From Spizellomyces punctatus DAOM BR117 (Eukaryota), in the NCBI GenBank assembly GCA_000182565.2, contig KQ257460.1: DNA of 64,000 nt. One strand, given 5' to 3'. The position numbers and the translations under genes are program-made. The notes below the pieces were generated by a model that saw only the letters and a program-made list of their open reading frames with translations, searched no databases and was not told the DNA's origin. Positions 24,457 through 35,676 of the stretch are shown here, piece by piece. The first letter of the stretch is position 1. Every line of letters begins with the position of its first letter.

Positions 24457-27400
24457 ATGTCCGGATATACCCTGCTCCTGGTTCTCATCCATATGCTGAC
24501 AGCAGTCGCATCAGCATCTTCCTTCACACTTCACGTCAATAATTCCGCCGAGCTGGTATCTGGGGATGGATCAGATTCCTCTCCTTTTCAAAATCTGGAC
24601 GATGCGTTTGCCTTTGTTACTGGCCACCTTTCCAATTACACCAAATTTGAAATTATTTTAGAACAACCCGGCGATTATCCTCTCAATGGTGATCCTTTCG
24701 CGGACGACGGAGGTTACACGTTTGCCTCTATATCGGTTGATCAACCACTGTGGTTGGAAATTGTCGGGGTGTCCTCTGCGGTTATTACAGCGACGCCAAC
24801 GCTGGCGAGCAGTGACGCCGCGGGCCCTATGTTCAGCATTAGCAACGGTGCAACCTTGGCCTTCAAGAATATGATGCTTGGAGTTCCCGGGGATGCTCCT
24901 TATCTGGACATTACTTGGAATTTTAATGCCGTCGACAATTCATCGATCATTTTTGATCGGGTCACATTTGGTAGGTGATCTCGCACGCTATGTAGAATGT
25001 CCTAGTAATCTAAGTACTGAAATGTTGCTATCGGATCGCAGGCACTTCAGTTACAACCTTGACAGGAGCGTCTACATTCATGGTGAACAACAATGACCAA
25101 TCCTCCACTAGCATGATGGATTGTTCAATGTCCTCGGGTAAGAATATATCTAGGCGAAACGTATTCGTCATTCCATTTACCATAAGCCCGATACAGCTGT
25201 GTACCTATACCCCATTGTGACTGGCACCTCCACTTTGGATATTTCATCCATGCGAGCGACCGATGCACAGAAATCTGCCTTGACAATTTATGCAACAGAT
25301 TTTGCTATCGTTCGGGTTAGTGATAGCATCTTCGTCAATCAGGTCTGCTGGCAAGAGCTACAGGGATTAGTCTATGTAAGTTCTTTTCTTTTATATAGAG
25401 TCTTCGATCTTTTCACTGAACCGATGATGTATCATCAGACAGATGGACACGCTGAAGTGCATTGGAGTAACTCGATCGTACGCAAGCGCGATATGAATGG
25501 GATGGACACTAGCTTCGACGTTTTTCAGGTGCGCATACAGCTCCAACACACTGAACTGAGAATACTGTCCACCTTCGGCTGGCATACCTTGACGCTCTTT
25601 TATCCTTAGCCGATGGGAGATTCTGTCATGTACATTTCAAACTCTAGTTTTGAAGGTAAAAAGTCCTCTCCCTGTTTGATGTTGAGAGGCAGGAATAATG
25701 TTTTGCTATAGATTTTGGACGGATAGTTTGGGCTTGGACACAATCAAGCACAACAATTTGGAATTCTACATTCCTCAACAACTCTGCGGCGTCCGATAGC
25801 AGGATTGCGCTGGTGGGCCCGGTATCCCATCTCACGATTGACAACTGTACCTTCATTGGTGAGGCATTTTGAACATTTACGTTTCATCTTTGCAGAAGCT
25901 CATAGCGCTCTAGCTAATGGAGGGGGCTTCCAGTCGTATCAGTATGCTCCGATTACGATTCGTAATTCAATTTTCATAGGTAATTCAGTTTTCTGAACCT
26001 CTAAGCTCACCGAAATTAACTACGAGTGGCCTTGCCTACAGATCATGAGGTGATAAAATGAAATACCCAATATACATGGATCTGAAACTAATGGGCATTT
26101 CAAAGATTGGAGACTTTGTTGGAACCATGTTCGACCTTGCGAGAGGGGCATGGGTGCAGCTTCAAAACGTGAGCATGACCAGCAGCAGCGAGTTTCCCGT
26201 CAATGTCCCTTCCATCGTTGTTATGTACGATGACTCGTATTTTGCAGCGGATGGACTGACGCTTACTGGTAAGCCCTTCGAAACCCGAAATATATGCAAC
26301 GGAAAAAAAGTTCATGAAACACCTACGAAGGTTACAAGTGCCTCCAGTGTTTCGATATAGAGGATGCCGGCAAGTTCTACTTAACGAATTCTACCATATC
26401 AGGTGAAGTGCCATGTCAAACTGTAACTGAACTGACTGATACTCATTCGTATAATTGCAGCTGTTGAAGCGGAAACATTGGTATTCTTCGGCCGCAAACC
26501 TATTGATCTCATCACGGGTGTGGAACCCGCCGTGATAACTACGACTTCATTTTTCAGTGAGTATACCTTTTTTACTCGTTTTTCTGAGTTTACTAGGCTA
26601 ATTTGTTGGATTTATAGATATACAAGGACAGGTTATCTCCGCCGCTCTTACCGTCCTTCATGTTCAGAATTCAACTTTTGTTAATAACAACGGAGGCTCT
26701 CTCTTGCAACTGAGGGATACTCAAACAAACTTCTACTTCTCCAATTGTTCATTTACTGGTAGGTTTCTTCGGGAGATGTGTTAGTCTGGCTTATATAACA
26801 GACAACATCTTTAGGCAACACGAGTCCTGAGAATGGCGCCGTCGCTAGTACCTGCGGGGGGACTCTGTCTTTCATTGACACCGTTATTGCCAACAACAGC
26901 GCAAACGCTCTTGGTGGGGTACGTACCCACAGAACGCATGTCTGTAGGACGAAACTAGTTATAAAACTAATTATTTGGTAGGCAATATTCTGCGACTTCG
27001 GGAGCGGCCAGCGTCTCGTCATCAAACGTAGCAAGATTTCAAGCAACACTGCCAGAGTTGGAGGTGCCATATATAGCGATAACTTGGCAAGCGCGGATCA
27101 GTTGGTTCTCCAAGATCTGGTGTTTGATGCAAATATCGCCGTCGCCCGAGGTGGTGCATGGTACAGCTCCGCCAAAAGTCCACTTGTGGAAGAAGGGGGA
27201 AGTATTGTCTACAACGGCAATATGGCGCCTGGTGCTCCTACTCGAGGAACAGGGCCATTGACGTTAGGTCTGATAGCTCCTGTGGAGCCGTCGCTAGCGG
27301 TTTACTCTGGTGATATTTTACCGAAGCTGACTCTGGCTGCGTATGATGCTTACAATCAAACCTATTACACCGTCGAGGATGACCCAATCTTGGTTCTCGA

Positions 27401-29541
27401 GATATCTGTTCTCTGTCCTTATGGAGTAGAAGCTCATAACGTGACACTGGTGGGCCAAGCGGAGTCATTGCTGGTGGACGGGAGTGCGACATTTCTAGGT
27501 ATGTTTTTGTTGCCAGCATTTTGGCCCATGTCTCTCTAAACAAAATACCTGTTCCGAAGGTTTGTCAGTTTTAACGAACGCCGGTAACTACACCTTGAAA
27601 TTTGCGGAGCAACCGGCGCCGGGTATGGATACCTCCTCCCTTCATGATGTCACCCTTCCGCTAGTTATCAAAACGTGCGATCCACCACTCCTCCTCGTAG
27701 AAATTGACGGAAGTCCGTATCCACAATGCAGGCCCGGTAAGCAGAGTAGGAGCCCTGCTCTTCCAGGGTTTGGAGAGACTAAAACATCCCTATAGCCTTG
27801 TGTCCTCGTGGTTGCTCCCCAGCGGGGGCTTGTGTTGCCGACGGAAACTGCACTTGCTCAGTAGACCCCAGCTACGAAGGCTTTGACTGCCGCTTGAAGA
27901 AATCTGTCAATGATTCCATGAGCTTCACATTCGCAAATTCCCTGGTTCCCTATACTATACAAGCACGCGATGTCTTGTTCAGCAATCTCTCGCAGTTGTA
28001 CCAGCCTGACTATGCTGTTGTATATCGAAGCTTTTCTCCCAGCATAGACACCGTCGTCTTCAAATACTCGCTAATGAAGATTGCCTCCGACGATTTTGTC
28101 AGCTACCGCGAGCTTCAGAGCATGATTCCCGGCACCGTTGCTCTCCTTTCGCAATTGGGGCTTCCATCATCCGATGCCTCAATTGTGGCCGGCGACCTTG
28201 CAAATATAGATAGAGGGGTACCAGGCATTGTCATCATGGCAATTGCTGTCCTGGGTATCTTCCTGACAGCTGGCAGCGAAATCGTCATATTCCGGAGGGG
28301 CAATAACAGTGCTCCTACGTACACTGTCAATTCGCTGTTAGCTGTGGGCACGGCATTTCTGTGGGCATACCCAATTACCGACGCCGTCGAACCCACCTCA
28401 ATTACCTGCAGAACGCAAATTCTGCTTGTCCCATTCACCTTGGGAATTATTTTGCCGTAAGTTTCTTTTTACGCGAACGGAGTGTCCTGATACTTAACGG
28501 CATATATAGATGGCTTCTTGTCAAAGCTTTTTACTATCGATATTACCTCATGAACGGTGTATTGCTGCGGAGAGGGATGTCACGTTCCGACCGCAATGCG
28601 TTCCTTTCAGTGTTTACAGGGCTCCACCTTCTCTTTTGGGTGAGATATTGTTGGTGTTCCTTTGCTTCACTTCGGTTAACTGACTACGCCTTTCATCCGA
28701 AGGCCATTACAATCGTCTGGCTAACTACTGATCTACCCGTGCCAAAAATTCAGTATGACGAGTCTTCTCAACTACGATATTGGACATGCCAGGGTTCCGC
28801 GCCATTTACTCGCTCCCCTCATCTCTTCACTCTTCTTAGCTTCTCGTGTCTACTGCTGGCCATCTCAGGCGTTGTGTTGCGTCGGATCGGCTCCTCTCAG
28901 TTTGCATCTTCTATTCCAGCGCGCCAGGATAAGATGATCTTCGGAAACGTTTTCAACTTTCTTGTCCTGGGTGCATTGCTAGTGGGGCTAGTAATCCCCG
29001 AATTTCTGAACGCAAGGATCCAGATTGCTGTTCGAGCAGTTGTCATATTTACGGCCGCAGCGACTCTTGTTGCTACCAGCTTCATTTTCCGCATGGTGGA
29101 AACCAAACGGGAAGGAACTGCGGGAGAAGTGACACAGTCCATGATACTTAAAATCGCCTTTTCCACCAATCAATCGCAGAAACCTCAAACGGAGTATATT
29201 CCTGTAAAGTACAATAAGAGCTCTCTGGTTTTCTGGTCGGCAGCGGAGATGGATCTACAGCTCCCGCATCTAGTTCTATATGATTCTGAAAGCAAGGCGG
29301 TATGTTATTCTTCATTATTCATAGGTTCTTGGCTTACTGAATAAATTGTAATTTTCAGGGTCGATTTTATGACTTGAAGAAATGTCAGATAGTAAAAGCT
29401 TCAAACTACTGCATACGGATAAAACCTAAGAAGCAAATGGAGGAGTTACACATTCAGCTGAACTCGGATGATGCCGTGAGCGCCTTTCTGCAAAAAGCTG
29501 AAAGCTATTTAAATCAAGCAAGGAAAGAGCAAAATCTATAA
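24457..29541 (+). CDS. Divergent paralogous beta-helix/EGF/7TM (class C GPCR-like) receptor; many exons
   Basis: Signal peptide MSGYTLLLVLIHMLTAVASA; beta-helix cap GDGSDSSPFQNLDDAF; NSANALGGAI, NTARVGGAIY, NIAVARGGAW repeats; EGF CPRGCSPAGACVADGNCTCSVDPSYEGFDC; about seven hydrophobic segments including TCRTQILLVPF and IVWLTTDLPVP...YWTC; last exon ends EQNL* at 29541. Confidence 0.78.
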
Positions 29542-30047
29542 GTTACTTGTAGTGTTGGGTGCATCTACTTGTATTCTGTAATCGTCGCCGTCAATAAAGG
29601 AATGATCGGGGCTTGATAACGTAATCATGGCTGGATTTGCATGCGCCACGCATGAATGCCTGGTCACGAGGACGAAACTCATTACGAAAATCGTGCCCAG
29701 TCCCAAAACTAGAGTTTCGCACCTGAAGAACACACCGCCATCGCCACTATCAGTTCAAGGCCAACCATTCTAAGGGATTCATACGGCAAGCATACTGCGC
29801 ATCTATCGGCAAATATCTTCAAGGGAAGTGAGAACAAACTCTGAACTCGGTAAGTTCATCTACTCCACTGCGCTGCGCCGCAGTGCGTTTGTGCAATATC
29901 AGAAGTAAATATGAAGTGGAAGGTCCCAATAGATACACGACTGCTTCTAGAGGCTTACTATTTCATTTGCCTGCATCAGGCTACTCTTTCCTGTTGACTC
30001 TGGGTTCGGGTTGATTACGACTTCCACGCTGCGGATTTGTTGCAATA

Positions 30048-30568
30048 ATGTCCACCCCAGCAAAGCGTCGTCTCATGCGGGACTTCAAACGCCTGCAGAC
30101 TGATCCTCCGGAGGGAGTATCAGGTGCCCCCTGTCCGGACAATGTACTATTGTGGAATGCAGTCATATTTGGTCCTGAGGATACACCATTTGAAGACGGA
30201 ACTTTCAAATTGGCATTGACATTTGATGAGAGCTACCCAACCAAACCACCGCATGTCAAATTTATTAGCAAAATGTTCCACCCGAATGTTTATGCTAATG
30301 GGGATCTTTGTTTGGATATCCTCCAAAATCGATGGTGGGTACAGCGTTGCAGTTCAAAAAAACTTGAAATTTGTGTCGCTCATGTGACTGTTCTTTTAGG
30401 TCCCCTACCTACGATGTTGCAGCTATTTTGACATCCATTCAATCCCTTTTGCATGACCCGAATCCCAATAGTCCCGCCAACGCTGAAGCTGCACGGCTTT
30501 TCCAGGAAGACAGGAAGGACTACAATAAGCGGGTGCGAGAGACGGTGGAGGAATCATGGTTGAATTGA
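30048..30568 (+). CDS. RAD6: Ubiquitin-conjugating enzyme E2 Rad6/Ubc2, 2 exons
   Basis: [36 protein letters not shown] / [25 protein letters not shown]; intron GTGGGT..TTTAG. Confidence 0.97.
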
Positions 30569-31562
30569 GCGCAAAAAAATGGGTGCACTGGGAATGGGAG
30601 CTTGATCGCTTCGCATTGGCAGTCGGCTCATGTATATATTACATGTTATTGTAGCTTGTGTTAATGATATTCATTGTTGGAGAATAATAAACTCGCATCC
30701 ATCCTGTATCAGCACTCCGTTTACTCCTCAACAAACTGCCGACTAAAATTCATACTCGTTGGATGACTTTTAAGAATCTAAGGCTTGCAGATGGAACCCT
30801 GGCCGGTGTTTATCCTTCTCCGTTGCCATTCGTTGAGAATATTGCTTCCAAATTGTCGTAGTGCTCCTCTACAGCAGCACGATGCTTTCATATCTGATAA
30901 ACTCAATGCTGAATGAGGGATGCCAATACCGCAAAAACGAACAGTGCATACTAACCCCGTATCAGAATATGGGTTGAATGGGCGCACGAATTCCAAAAGA
31001 TGAGATACTTTTGCGTGGAAAGAGCAAGGTTCTCTATTGAACTGTAGCGCTATAAAATATACTCATTTTGACTATATGTACTACGCCTATTACAGGTTCA
31101 GCAGTTCAAGGTCCACATCCTCCCAGTACCTAATTCTGACGTCGACCCCGATAGTGCTGCTAAAGCTACCAATCACACTGCATCGAGCCGAAGCAAAGCA
31201 ATGCATTCTCCGCTGTTCACTTACTCTGAACATGGCAATAAACCGCAAACATCCTCGTCATCACCGTCTCTTGGTGCGGATCAAGACCTAGACGTACTCA
31301 CATCGGATTCGCTCAGGTATTTCTCATTCATAGAATCTAGCCTTGATTTCAATCTCTGTGATGCGCGGCCGTCGAATATTCTTCTACCATAACACGCCGA
31401 TTGCAAGTGTGAACCGCTTAGTCCGCGCGCATAGTGCTAGGTTGGGTTCTGCCTAATTCCATCCCTGGTAGAAGATGTGGAGTAGCGACATAATTTGCTG
31501 TTTTGTTTACTTTTGGGAGCGTGTTTCCCAACCCAAGTAAGACGACAGAGAATGGAAAGAGA

Positions 31563-32320
31563 TCAAAAGCAGCACCAGCATTCGAAGGGACATTGAGGTG
31601 TATCTGAAAACATTCACGATAGTTTCCACAATGTTTCACATGAGTCTGACGGGTAACGCGGCAGGAAAGGAGAAGGATGTACATACCGCCACCCTTCCCG
31701 ATATTCAATTCTTCGGTGGTGAACAAACTGTAACCGTCCTCGGTTCGTCCTGCAACGCATGTTGACTGAGATGTATGGACTCACAGAAAAAAGCTATCTT
31801 GAATCTTACGTTTAGCCTTCAGTCCTCTGCTGTCCCCAAATCCATCGTCCTCCGCCACTGGACGTTGCTGGCTACTTTTGAAGTCCGGCACAGAAAATTG
31901 TATGGTTTCCACAACCGGTTTCGGTCGTTGGCTCCGAGCTTCAATCACTTTAGCAGCAATATCTGTCTCATCCGTTAGGTGCTCAAAGGTTTCTAGTTGC
32001 AGGTCGTCCTCCTTCCCCTTGGTAATTGGTCCTTCTGTAACATCCCCGGTGGCCTCTTTTGAAATATCCCCGTCATCTAGTTTTCTTTCCTGATTCTTCT
32101 TCTTTGCCTTCTTCTTCTTCTTTACAAGCGCTTCGACAGATACTGCTGAGGCAGGTTTGGGGCCTTTTCCACTGAAAATATCGTCGATCTCGCTGGATGG
32201 TTTCGCCTTCTTGCCGCTGAATATATCGTCAATTTCATTCCCCGCTTTTCGTTTGGCAGCGGTGTTTGTTAGAGAAGGTATCGCATTCGTACCTACTGTA
32301 CTGCTGTTTGGTGCTGGCAT
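31563..32320 (-). CDS. DUF1764-family protein, 3 exons
   Basis: EIDDIFSG twice, poly-Lys tract, DDGFGDSRG, RRTEDGLQLFTTEELNIGKGG / DTPQCPFECWCCF* which matches the C-terminal signature of DUF1764. Confidence 0.85.
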
Positions 32321-32483
32321 GATGTTACGGCTATCGCGTGAAAGTGAAGAAGGACAAACGCAGCCCCGAAATGCGAAATGGATGGAAGGCATTCGAATGA
32401 ATGGTTAATCAGTGCAAACCGTTCTTGGGTTGAGATCATCCCGTTGCCTTCGACCAGTTTGCTGTGGGTCTACATGGATGTGA

Positions 32484-34922
32484 ATGTCTATTCTTCGCCG
32501 CTATGTGAAACTGTTCCCACTTCCTTCCATCACCTTGAGTGGGCACGAGGGTATAACTGACGAGGATATTCTGGCCTTTGAAGGGCAACAATGCCGTTAT
32601 TTTTGCCATAGCCGCGACACCAAACACACATGTGAGCGTTTTGTACGCGATTCATCACATGTGGTTACATACAGCTGGGAGGGTGAACGCATGGTTGAAG
32701 CTTTCCCTTCTGGGGTTGAGTCCTGCGAGGAGCGAAAAAAAACATGGTCACAATGGTTCCAACTAGCGAGAGTAGTGACGGCGGACTCTGTCAGCCAACC
32801 GACAGAAGGCAACGGCAAGAGAAAGTGGGAGTGCAGTGATTTGACAGGATTTGTCGTCACCCACATACGATACAAACAAATGCGAATACATTACTTGGAG
32901 GCGGACAAAATTGTGTCAATTCGTACATTCCATACTACTGAAAATCGTGCCAATTATGGGATTGAGGAAGAAGACGCCATCCTATTAGACCCCGGAACTG
33001 GAGACCGGCGCTGTCAGCACATCGAGAATATGGACTTTGCTGACAATCCATACGAGCAGTCCTTACGCTTATATCTGGACACCATGTTTGATAGATTGTT
33101 CTGTCCAGCCAATACAGACTTGCTCTCGCAAACTGGTAGTACCGTCAATAATGCTCCTACCGCATTTCGTGGCTTGAACGAAGGTTTATTAGCTCACTCA
33201 GCAAGTTATCATCCTGCGGAATGCGATATTTGCTCCGTGTCCATGCCATTTCACTCCGCCGTACCCAAGACGCCGTCCGGTAGTCAGGTATCTCTGGTTT
33301 CGCGCCATGTGCCAGAGCCAGCGAACAGGTCGGACGTCTTCCCACTGGAAAGTAACACGATATCGTGTCCTACCACCGTTGACGAAGATGAGACAGTGGC
33401 ATCGGCCTCTACACTTCCAACACCGGAGATGGTCGGTAACCCAACAAGCCAATTGCCACTGATATCTAATGATAGCAATGGTGATCAGTCGAGGCCTAAA
33501 GAAGTGCATGATACACGGTTATCAACTGGCACGACTTCGAATTGCGTGATCCGCCCTCCGTCTTCAAAACCAACACCCAGAAACGCCCGTCGGAATCTAC
33601 ACGGCTCGATATTTTTAACGACATTAAAGAATTGCAAGCCAAACACTCGTTGTAACATCCTCTGTGTCGTCACGCAGATCAATCCCATCCAAGATATAAA
33701 GCTTACCAAGGGAAAATGTGCTGGACAAGTCGTGCGCATGGCTTCCATCCTTGTTTCTGATAATGACGTTCCCTTTTTTCCGATAACCTTGTGGAGAGAG
33801 CACTCGGTCTGGGCCGATCGCTTAGAAGTTGGTGATGTGCTCCAGCTAGGTGGTATGCATTTCCTTCCGCAGGCCGTAGTGAACGAGTTAACTCAGGCTC
33901 GGGACCCCGGATGATAGAGATTGATATTAGAGTATACCGGGGGAAGATATCCGGCACAACTGTATTTCGGTCCGCCTGCAAAGTTCTACATCGGTTATGC
34001 AGGGACACGCCCATCTATGACGGTACGTTGTCTTTTATGTCTGGAGGCTTGCCGTAGTCTGATTTTCTTTCTTCAGAGACGAGCGAGCCCGGGGAAGCGT
34101 ACCACTATGACAGCATCGAGCGACTGCTGAGGTGGGCAAGCCGTCAACCTTTATTGCGGTTTCATCGCTTTGGTCTCGTCCAAGCACCGCAACGTACGTA
34201 TCAAGATTCGTCTGTCGCGTGAAAAAGACGACGAACTAATATGATATTTTTTTGCAGAGCTGGCCGCTCTATTGGATCATGAGGACGGCCAACGGGAACG
34301 TGCAGATGATCTAACTGTGCCTGTGGTACGCTTTAGCAGTCCCGGCGATCTCATCTCTGGCCGCTTCTCGGGGGTAGCTTTAGTCAAGGCGCAGGCTTCT
34401 CTCATTAGCTTTCCACGTCTGCAATTGTCAGTTCCTCCGAAATCCATTTCAGATATCAGTTACGACAGCAAACTTGTCACATGTTATTGTAGAACATGCG
34501 GATCCGAGGCCACACAAGAGGGCTTGAACCACATATGGCGTTGCCCCCGTTGCTTTGTTACTGACCAGGATCTTGCGTGGACTTTCCAGAAGGCGGTCCT
34601 CAATCTTGTTGATGCAGCAGATGCCACAAAGGCATTGATCCAAGCGGGCATAGGGTTTGGCATTTTGGAAGAAATGTTTGCCAATATGGTGTCACCTCGT
34701 TTGCTAGCTGATAAAGCTGCGTCAGATCGGCGGAAGAAGAAAGTTTGGGATAGACTCATGAGGCTGTGTCATGCCTTGACGAATCCAAGTTCTGCACAAT
34801 GTATATCGATGCGCTTAAAAGTGCAGACTAGTGAGGACGCCCATGGTTTTGTGATCAATAGGCAGGTGGACGTCCTGAGAGTGGAGCTTTTTGGTGACGG
34901 TGGAAGCGATTCGGCAATATAG
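32484..34922 (+). CDS. Shieldin subunit 2 (SHLD2/FAM35A)-like OB-fold ssDNA-binding protein, ~4 exons
   Basis: OB segment LKNCKPNTRCNILCVVTQINPIQDIKLTKGKCAGQVVRMASILVSD..ITLWREHSVWADRLEVGDVL resembles the first OB fold of SHLD2. C-terminal CRTCG...IWRCPRC...FQKAVLNLVD resembles the FAM35_C zinc-containing OB fold. Confidence 0.75.
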
Positions 34923-35676
34923 TTTAATACTTCACTTGGTCTTAACGTTTTGGAAGGGCGGTCTGGTCATTGTATTAAATAGAGACATAATAGCAGGACT
35001 CTGTGCGTGACCCACATGAGGCATTAACCAGCACACTTCGGGTCTGCGTCGGCTGAACTCATTCGCGATCGGCAGCCCTTTCTAAGATAAAACACAATAT
35101 AACGCATGTTTTTGGGACAATCTACTCCATGCTAGGTCCTTCCACCTGCCGCATGGTGCGTGAGTAGTTTAGCTGTATGGAGAGAGAAGCGTTTAGAAAT
35201 GTGCTCGACGGATGACCCTTGGAAGGTTTACGATGAGAAGTTGAAATAAAGTTATGGATCAAGCAACAGCTGCTGCACTCAATGAGTTGCCCGCATACTC
35301 GATCGTGTTGTTTAGAGGATAACTGGACTCCGTATGATATGGTTCAGTGCCATCCGTAGAGAAAGGCTTGACCACATCCGCATTGCAAATCTCTATTCTT
35401 CTTCTTGGAGCAGCATCGGCTAATACCCAGCATGCAAAATACGACGGAGAGACGATGAGATCCCTTTAATACAACTATAACAAGCAGAAATCTAAGGCAC
35501 ACAATGACCCTACATAATTCCAAACACATAAATGTCCTTTTCCTGATATAAAATGAAAAAAAAAAAAAAAACTTGCTACCCAAATACTGCGCTACTCAAA
35601 TCCTGCCAAATCCTTTGAACATATATGTTTCCAAATCAGAGAGTCTTCTCTTGCATCTAGTCATTCTATCATCTAA

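Noticed and set aside
30780-31400. Short ORFs between RAD6 and DUF1764
   Set aside because: No coherent exon chain or motif found; probably 3' UTR or intergenic.
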